Positions 55,566 through 64,000 of a stretch of DNA of 64,000 bases are shown piece by piece. Each line of letters begins with the position of its first letter. Position 1 is the stretch's first letter. The notes below the pieces were generated by a model. That model worked only from the letters and a program-made list of their open reading frames with translations. It was not told the origin of the DNA and made no database searches. The DNA comes from Schmidtea polychroa. Lineage: Eukaryota. The stretch lies in NCBI GenBank assembly GCA_044892525.1, contig CM097885.1:27344001-27408000 (forward strand), written 5' to 3'. A program made the translations under genes and the position numbers.

Positions 55566-55709
55566 TAAATTTCTCATTTTGTCTTAATATTTTTGTTATA
55601 TCGCGTTGCAGTTTATTGAAACTACTTTTAATATTATTTAAATCATTAATTTTATTACAACAGTCGCTCAATAATGGCATTGATTTAAATGTAACGAAAA
55701 AAACCAAAT

Positions 55710-55744
<35 letters not shown>

Positions 55745-56254
55745 TGGAACACTCAATTTATTTTTCAGTTATATTTTATTCATTTTAGTTACTTATTGTT
55801 ATAAGTAACGTAAATGAATAAATAATAATAATTAATTTTTATTATATTATATTATTGCATTCTATATTAACCCCGTAACCATATAGGTATAGGCCACATT
55901 GAACAGTCAAAATCAATAGCTTTTTAACAATATCAACTTTCGCCACCCTCAATAATTGGCGGCGAATGCTACCAAACATAGACAGGCCAATAAACCATTT
56001 TTTCAGGGAAAATTGGTCTTTTCATTTCATTTCATGCATCTCAAATATTAAATATTCCTATTACATCATCCGGTGACCATACTTATCCATCCATTGAATT
56101 CTATTTAGTTACGGTCAGTGTTGATACTTCCACTGAAATTTTATGCTATGAAGAGTCACATTTACTAAGGATCGCGAGTAGATGGATTGGGCACCGCTAG
56201 CACAGTATCCCCCCGCCGTAAAAATTTTTTAAAACAAATTTTTTTCAATGTCAA

Positions 56255-56800
56255 ATTTTAAACAAAGACATATGACTCATCAAGGTCATTGAAACAAAGA
56301 CCATGACTCATCCTATGACTCATCAAGGTCATTCTCAAGGTCTTATGACTCATAATATGACTCATCAAGGTCAAAAAATTTTCAAGGTCATTTAAACAAA
56401 AGCCATGACCCATCAAGGTCATTTTCAAGGTCATATGACTCATCCGACGAGTCATAAAAATTGTCAAGGTCATTTAAACAAAGACCATGACTCATCCAAG
56501 GTCATTCTCAAGGTCATATGACTCACCCGACGAGTCATAAAAATTTTCAAAGTAATTTAAACAAAGACCACGACTCATCCAAGGTCATTCTCAAGGTCAT
56601 ATGAGTCATCTAAGATCATTCTCAAGGTCATGTGACTCATACTATGACTCACCAAGGTAAAAAATTTCCAAGGTCATTTCCAAGGTCATCTGAGTCATCC
56701 TATGACTCACCGAGGTCATTTTCAAGGTCGCACAACCCATCCAAGGTCATTCCCAAGGTCATATGAGTCATCGCGATGCGTCATCAAGGTCATATTATTA
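56255..56800 (+). repeat. TIR array of CAAGGTCA and TGA(C/G)TCA motifs
   Basis: More than a dozen copies of each motif, read directly. Confidence 0.9.
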
Positions 56801-56946
56801 TTTTTAAAAAATATTATTATTTTATTATTAATGTTTTCAAAGTTCCCGCCAACGAAAATTAATCATCGATAGCTCATTTTAAGGCTCAATCCAAGACCTT
56901 TCGAATGAGCCATATATCTTGTTATTATGATTATTATTTCTAAAGA

Positions 56947-57042
<96 letters not shown>

Positions 57043-57213
57043 ATATTAAATATATTTTGTCCCCCTATGGGTAATGCTCACAAGGGTACTGGTCACGCTC
57101 AACAACTCACAAAGGTATTATTAAACAAATCAACAAAACATACATTTATTTAAACAATAAAATAATGTAAAATTAACAAAGGTAAACTAAATATTGATGT
57201 ACTAGTATTCGCC

Positions 57214-57687
57214 TTACATGTATATAGTATGATATTCATTAATCAGTGTTGAACAGGCTTGACACTTGCGAACATTCTTCTCGTGACACTTAGAACAAAC
57301 AATTACGTGACCACACGGTAAATACAAAACCGAAACTCGATTTTCTTTACAAATTGAACAAGTTAAATACCTTTTCTTAACATCGTTCTGTTTTTTCGTT
57401 AGCTTATTTTCAATCAAATCGGCTTTTGCTATCCATTCATAAATCAATCTACTATATCCCGGTTTCAACCTTAAATACATACAACTCCAAAAGTATTCAT
57501 TCAGTGAATCGTTGTTTACCGCTATTTTTTCTAAGTACATTAAATAACAAGATAACTTTAAAATGGATTTCTCATAATTAAATAAATCAATCAAATATTC
57601 AATAGAGGAATGTTTGAAAATTTTGAAAATATTTATGATTTGCTTATCACTGTAAGTATCATGATTATTTATAAAATCTTCAAACAT
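57214..57687 (-). CDS. C3HC4 RING protein of the IAP/MDM2 type without a BIR domain (putative E3 ligase); intact, likely start MFEDF
   Basis: C-terminal CSIC...LPCGHVIVCSKC...CQAC...IYM, preceded by a short coiled segment. Confidence 0.85.
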   Translation of the reverse strand: MFEDFINNHDTYSDKQIINIFKIFKHSSIEYLIDLFNYEKSILKLSCYLMYLEKIAVNNDSLNEYFWSCMYLRLKPGYSRLIYEWIAKADLIENKLTKKQNDVKKRYLTCSICKENRVSVLYLPCGHVIVCSKCHEKNVRKCQACSTLINEYHTIYM

Positions 57688-57947
57688 TCCTCTATTGAAT
57701 ATATATAGCTGCATGCTCACTGCAGACTATATAAAAATCAACATTAAATACTTATAAAAATTATAAGAAAACAACAAAATAAAGAAAAATCTGGTTACAA
57801 ATTTTTAATCAATATATAAATACAAGTTTTTATACAATTTTTTTTTATAAATCAAGAAATCAATATATAAATACAAGTTTTTATACAAGTTTTTGTAAAT
57901 CAAAATAAAAGTTTCTATACAATTTTCACAATTTTCAGTTGTCCTAT

Positions 57948-60900
57948 TTAAATTTCATCTTCGTCCCATTCACTCTCATCGAAACTGGGACTTGGAGCTG
58001 GACCGAATTCCTCATCATATTCGCTTAATTCATCAACTCCTAAATAGGGCCCAAATGCGTAACTTATGTTTTTGCCTAGCCACGCGCGCTTATCATCGTT
58101 ATTACTTAGGGCAATTTTTGAATTTTTAAATGTAAAAAGTTTGTGATTTCTAGTACCTATTCTAGTCTGCAGTACAGAAATCACCTGATTTGAATTAAAG
58201 CAATTTAAATAGGACTCATGATTTATTGACGTCCCAGGTAATTTAACCCCCTTCGCTTTTACCGTTTCCTTACTACCTAAAAGACTATAACATTTAGGGC
58301 GTTAGAAAACCCATTCGGAATACCCTAATCCCTTGCTCTCATCTTTAAACTTCCCGATGACAGAGTCAAGGTTCCTATTATACAAGGGGTGTGTTGGATC
58401 GTAATTTGACGTATCCAATAAATTATCTGAGATCATCTGAGGTAATAAAGTTGATAATTTTAAATTTTTTATTTCCAGAAAGAAACTATCGGTATCACCG
58501 GCAATAATATTTATAATACATTTATATTGTCGCCTGTACTTCTCCAAATCAATATATTGGAGCTGGTACATCCGCAGTTTAGACAGATCTAGAACTGTTT
58601 GACCGATGTAGCTAGGTCTGTCTAAACAAATTGAATCTTTTTCCAAATGTGCCGCAATCAGATCGCCATCGATTCTTATAGACTTTCTGAAAGTCGGCTT
58701 TGAGGAGTATACTATCATCTTTTCGGATGAATTACACAACCTCAAATTCATTCGTTTTTTCAGATTTTCAACGGATTTACCGTACAAGCTATTATTATAC
58801 AATTTAAACAAGTCCCTATATATTTCGCTAGTAGACTGAGATCGTAAAGTAGTGTTGGTGTCTATGTACGATTTAAAGATAGGTCCTTGTTTAAACTTTA
58901 TACAACGATGAATATTTACAACCACCGCACCTAATTCTATATACAATTTGAGAAGCCTCCAATGAAGAACATAGTTCCTCTTTGGCCAATGCGTAAGCAT
59001 AAGCTTCTCAACTTTTGAATTAGGCTGGCACAACTTTTCCGGCGCAAGCGGAAAATCATTCAAAAAGTCATGCACACATTCCGGAATATCGATATCGACC
59101 TCCATAGTATACCCATATAATCTAACAAATTATTACAGTTATGCTGACTCCAAATTAGTTGAGCCTCAGCATATTGATCTTCCGTAATATCAGACCAAAT
59201 AGGAGGTAATTCTAAAGTCGATTCAAGAACATCCAAAGAAGTAGCAAAATCATACGGAAAGACACCTTTAGAGTGAATCATCGACCCTTGAAAGACAGAC
59301 GAAGTTAAAGGAAAAGTAGTAAGAGTTTTCACAGCTTTTGCTAAAGAACAATTAACAAATTGCATGCTGTCAATAAAACGAACAGGCAATTTGTTAATAT
59401 AACATTTAATATAAAATTTGTTAATATAAATTTTTCTGTAGAGGTAGGTATAATATTAAGTTCCCAAAGGGGAAAATCACTGAGACCATGTTTTAAAATA
59501 TGGTGGAGGTCATAGCCTCGTAAATTATGAAAGACTACTGGTAACAACTTATTAATCCTGCGAGAGACATTGCATCTCCTACATGCCGCTCCGACATATC
59601 TACCAGTAAAATGGCAATGATCTCTCACAGGATTAATAATATCTTTTTTACACAAGTAACAAATAGTGCTAGATCGAAAGGCACGCTCCTGAGCAAAAGA
59701 CAAAGTAGACATACCTTTATGACCTTCAAGTTCATAATATGGCAGGACAATTGTGACAGCAATTTCCTCCACTTTCCTCAAAAAATCCAAAATACAATTA
59801 GGTCCAAAAAAATAATAATAAAATTTAGTGTTTGTATAATTATTAATTAATAAAAGACCTGCTGATATGGGTAAATGTATTTGATGATGTGTTTCATGTT
59901 CAGGTAAAACCGATTCAAAATCAGCATAAATTACGAAGGGAGGTGTAACGGTTTTTGCGTAATCTGTGAATAATAAATCCTTATTTTTAGGAAGTGTGTA
60001 CAAGGTTGTGCCAGTCTGATTTTTACAGCATAGAGCAACATGCTGATCGAAAGCATTCTTATATCTAAAGCCATTTAAACAATGTGGGCACCAGTTACAC
60101 CTTATTTGAACATTAACATTTTCATTTAAATGACAATTCATTAATTTGTCCAAGTCTGTAACGGCCGTATAGCGATACTTATCTTTATTACTCAAAAGTA
60201 ATAAATAAATCGGCCTACCGTCTATAACCTTGGAGCGATGTACAATATTAAGATGAGGGTGGTGAGCTACATAATCCTCAGAAATATCACAATCAGAACT
60301 GGCTGGATTATAAGACAGAACGTTTATGCTTAAGTTTAAATCTGGATTTTTCCTTTCGAATTTGGGAATGTTACACAGCCTCATCGGGCAATCTGTGTCT
60401 TCATCATAATTTAAAAGATGTAAAAATTCATAATATTTGGCGGCTCTTTGGTGATTACGACCTATTTCTTCTCTTTTTAAAAGTGCAAGAATGCTATACA
60501 AGAAACACTTATGATCGTTGTTTTTAACATTAATTATTGCATGTTTTAATTTTAATGCTGATGGGGTTTTTATATAACTATGTCCGGATAATCTACTAAC
60601 GGGTGCGTATTTCGTTAAAATAAAATCTATCTCTAAAATATTCATTACTCGCCACCCGCTTCCTAAATAAGTAAATTGCTCAATCTTTTCATTTAATTTG
60701 CTCACCCTCTCGTTTATAAAGTTTGCTGTAAAAACTTGCGCATTGTTTGAAAAATAATTATCCCGGATCTCCCCATCTTTTTCAAATTTAATTAAAATTG
60801 TAAATTGAATTTTTACATTGCCCATCTTTTCTATTTCCGCTATTAATCTTTCTTCAATTTTAGATGTTAGGGCTATTTTTACTAAGTTTTGATTTCTTAT

Positions 60901-61119
60901 ATCAAATTTTAAAGTTTTTCGCGATCCGTTCAAATCGGATTCTACAACAGGTTCAAACAAAGAGCCGCCTATTTGACATATGTTGAAAGACGTTGAAGCT
61001 ACACATTTATCATTGATGACTATCACTTCTTGTTGTGTAGAGGGTGCTTGTTGTGTAAAGGGTGCTTGTTGTGTGAACGATGTTGAAGCTACAAATTCAT
61101 CTTTGCTGATGACTATCAC
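57948..61119 (-). pseudogene. pPolB of element 2 (frameshifts, stops and a deletion removing motif A)
   Basis: GSGW, GHSYI, CFLYSILA, zinc finger CPHC...H...C, YADFES (ExoI), endonuclease VII-like RDHCHFTG...ACRRCN, KLYNNSLYGK, AGDTDS. Confidence 0.95.
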
Positions 61120-61178
61120 TTCAGGTCGCGATAATTTATTCGATAATTATAGTAGATGGGTCATATTATTATTATTAT

Positions 61179-61278
<100 letters not shown>

Positions 61279-61371
61279 TTTATATTAAAGAGAAGTAGCT
61301 GCATGCTCACTGCAGACTACTATGTAGCTACATGCTTACTGTAGACTACAGTAGAAGGGCCAGATTATTTA

Positions 61372-61435
<64 letters not shown>

Positions 61436-61539
61436 TTAACTATTGTAGATGCACATTGCAAACTACAAGGATTTATTTTATAACTATAATTTCGTAATCA
61501 CTTTTTTAAATATTTTCATAATATTTCAGAAACATAGTA

Positions 61540-61925
61540 TTTACTTCATATAATCATTTTCATCATAATATTTTCATCATAAATCATAAATCATTTTCTT
61601 CATAAATCCTTTTCATTTTCTTCATAAATTTTCGTCATAATTTCATCATTTTCATCATAAATCATTTTCATCATAATTTTGGTCATAAATCATTTTCATC
61701 ATAAATCATTTTCTTCATAATTTTGGTCATAAATCATTTTCATCATAATTTTGGTCATAAATCATTCTCATCATAATTTTGGTCATAAATCATTTTCATC
61801 ATAATTTTGGTCATAAATCATTTTCATTTTCTTCATAAATTATTTTCATCATCATTTTCTTCATAAATCATTTTCATTTTCTTCGTAAATTTTCGTCATA
61901 AGTTTCATTATATCATCATAATTTA
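61540..61925. repeat. Short-period tandem repeat (TTTTCATCATAAATCA / TTTTGGTCATAAATCA); counterpart at 19785-19980
   Basis: Read directly; occupies the same position relative to the genes in both elements. Confidence 0.8.
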
Positions 61926-62026
61926 TCAAATTATTTAAGAAAATTTTTATCAAAATATTTAAAAAAGTGATTACGAAATTTTTAAATATATAAAAAAATA
62001 TATATATAAAAATAAATAAATCTTAC

Positions 62027-62673
62027 ATTGTGATTCCATATCGGAATCAGAGTCCTCTGCGACCTCCTCAACAGAAGTGAGGGCATTATCCGCATTAGTT
62101 ATATCTGAGTCCTCCTCAACAGAAGCGAGGGCATTATCCGCATTAGTTATATCCGAGTCCTCCTCAACAGAAGTGAGGGCATTATCCGCATCAATTTCCG
62201 CATCAATGTCGACATTAAACACTAAAAAGTTTTTAAAAATAAAATACTCAAATAAAATAAATTTACTTTTTTCTTTGAAAACTGGAGCATAATTAGGTGC
62301 ATCAGTTTGCCCAAAAAAAACGACATCATCGTCGTCGCTATTTAAAACATTTTCTGAAATGAAAAATTAATTTAATAAAAATTAATATAATAAATTTACC
62401 AAAGATCTTATCATTATTAGGGGCATCAGTTTGCCCAAGAAAAACGACATTATCGTCGTCGCTATTTAAAACATTTTCTGAAATGAAAAAATTAATTTAA
62501 TAAAAATTAAAATAATAAATTTACCGAAGATCTTATCGACATTTAACATAGATTCGTCTTCGGTAACTTCGAACAAGTCGAACACATCTAAAAGAATAAA
62601 ATAAAATAAAATAAAATAAATTACCAGTCGTCAACAGATTTCTTAAAATATTATTATTATTGTTATTTTGCAT
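62027..62673 (-). CDS. Spliced acidic multi-SIM-like protein, copy 3; exons 62673-62625, 62587-62525, 62477-62400, 62353-62267, 62221-62027
   Basis: Open frame over four phase-1 GT-AG introns at the same positions as copy 1. Encodes SDDDNVVFLG and SDDDDVVFFG, and ends at a further phase-1 donor (T|GTAAGA). Confidence 0.82.
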
Positions 62674-63193
62674 AGTAGATGGTTTGAAATTGAATTTGAA
62701 ATTGAATTTTTAAAATTTTAAAATAATTGTGACAAATTTTAGATTTGTCAATGTTTATAAAGAGAATGAATATTTTCCTGTCCCAACCAATGAGAATATA
62801 GACACACACATATACACTGAATATTTTACTCTCTCAACCAATCACACGCATGCATGTATGTAACGTAAATCACTCAGAAATTACATGTGACTGCCTTTGT
62901 TAGTCATGCCTTTGTTAACTTGCACTGTGCATGCTTCAGGCAGAGGTGGTCTTTATGTAGAATTAATAATATTTATGTAAATAATAATAAAATTAATTAA
63001 AAATAATAATATTTTTTAAAATAATAATATTTTTCAAAATAATATTAATAATATTAATAATATTAATAATAATCACAATAATAATAATAATATTAAAAAT
63101 AATAATAAAACTTTGTAATAATAATAATAATAATAATATTAATAATAATCACAACAACAAAGGAAAGGATACATTTATTAAACATCAAATTTA

Positions 63194-63520
63194 TTAAACA
63201 TCAAATTTTTTGTACAATAACCAAGCTAAACAATGTTTGGGTCAAAGGATTTTGAGACATAGTTTTATTATACACAATAGGTTTCCCCATTGTTTGTAGT
63301 TTTGATATCAACAAAGCCGGGTAATAAAAACCCATAGGATCGAACACGAATATATTACCAGGTTTCACATATATAGCTATCCAATGTTCTCCACCAAGAT
63401 GAGAAGATTGAGTATTGACGATTATCGCTTGATTATTGCTCAAATATGGAATTTTATCAAGAGGAAAAACTCCAACAAATTCATTTCCCAATATCTGTTT
63501 TCTGATTTTATTGACCTGAA
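63194..63520 (-). pseudogene. Protease of element 2; an 11-nt deletion removes the catalytic Cys motif
   Basis: Nearly identical to 16847-17179 but reads CAAACA-TTGTTTAGC where copy 1 has CAAACATGTGGTCAACATTGTTTAGC. Confidence 0.88.
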
Positions 63521-63594
63521 CAGAACTACTTAAATAAATCCAGAGTATAAAAAACAACTTACTCCATGACAACTTTTTGTGTTTCAATATACAT

Positions 63595-63984
63595 TTATAC
63601 CAACACAGTTCTATTTGCAGTAATTTGAACTTCATTTTCAAATACTCCATATATTATAACATGTACTGGTTCAGTAATAGCTTTTGCAAACTTTATATCC
63701 AGTTGTAAATTTCCATTTTGAGGTAATTGACTTTGATTTAAATCAAAATCAGGGGCTAAAACAAATGTAAAAAATGGATATTTGCTTTTAAAATCTTCTA
63801 GAGTTATTCCACAATTCAAATTTTTATCTAAATAACCCAGATTTCTAACAATACTCTGCATATATGTCGCACAGTAATTGTCATTCTCGAAATCTTGAAT
63901 ATATGTTTCTCTATAATCAGTATTTTTCGACAAAGTCAATGATGTAACACCAAAGTTTTTGAAAATTGAGCTGGACGCAGTATA
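63595..63984 (-). CDS. Major capsid protein 3' end (element 2)
   Basis: Nearly identical to 16382-16771. Confidence 0.92.
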   Translation of the reverse strand, partial: YTASSSIFKNFGVTSLTLSKNTDYRETYIQDFENDNYCATYMQSIVRNLGYLDKNLNCGITLEDFKSKYPFFTFVLAPDFDLNQSQLPQNGNLQLDIKFAKAITEPVHVIIYGVFENEVQITANRTVLV

Positions 63985-64000
63985 AGTAGTAGATGGTATA

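Overview
AT-rich animal genomic DNA with many ~40-50 nt introns and heavy transposon loading; the host cannot be named from this window. Host genes: an intact three-exon RPB5/POLR2E, a four-exon MANF/ARMET copy with disabling lesions, and a MAT2B-like gene whose exons span ~40 kb (42750 to 2145, minus strand). Two decayed Polinton/Maverick endogenous viruses face each other. Element 1 (~9420-25565, +) lies inside a MAT2B intron. Element 2 (56177 to the window end, -) continues past the window. Both end in 5'-AGTAGATGGATTGG. The main discovery is invisible in the ORF track. Between the protease and pPolB genes the elements carry a spliced gene of short, all-phase-1 exons encoding an acidic protein with tandem SUMO-interacting-like motifs (three divergent copies). 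Element 2 also has a stand-alone IAP-type RING gene, so the pair may be a SUMO/ubiquitin counter-silencing module. Also seen: a minimal hammerhead ribozyme, a three-copy structured RNA with a GNRA tetraloop, ORF-bearing long LTR-like elements, a TIR array of nuclear-receptor and AP-1 sites, and internal copies of the Polinton terminal 9-mer at breakpoints. All alignments were done by eye.
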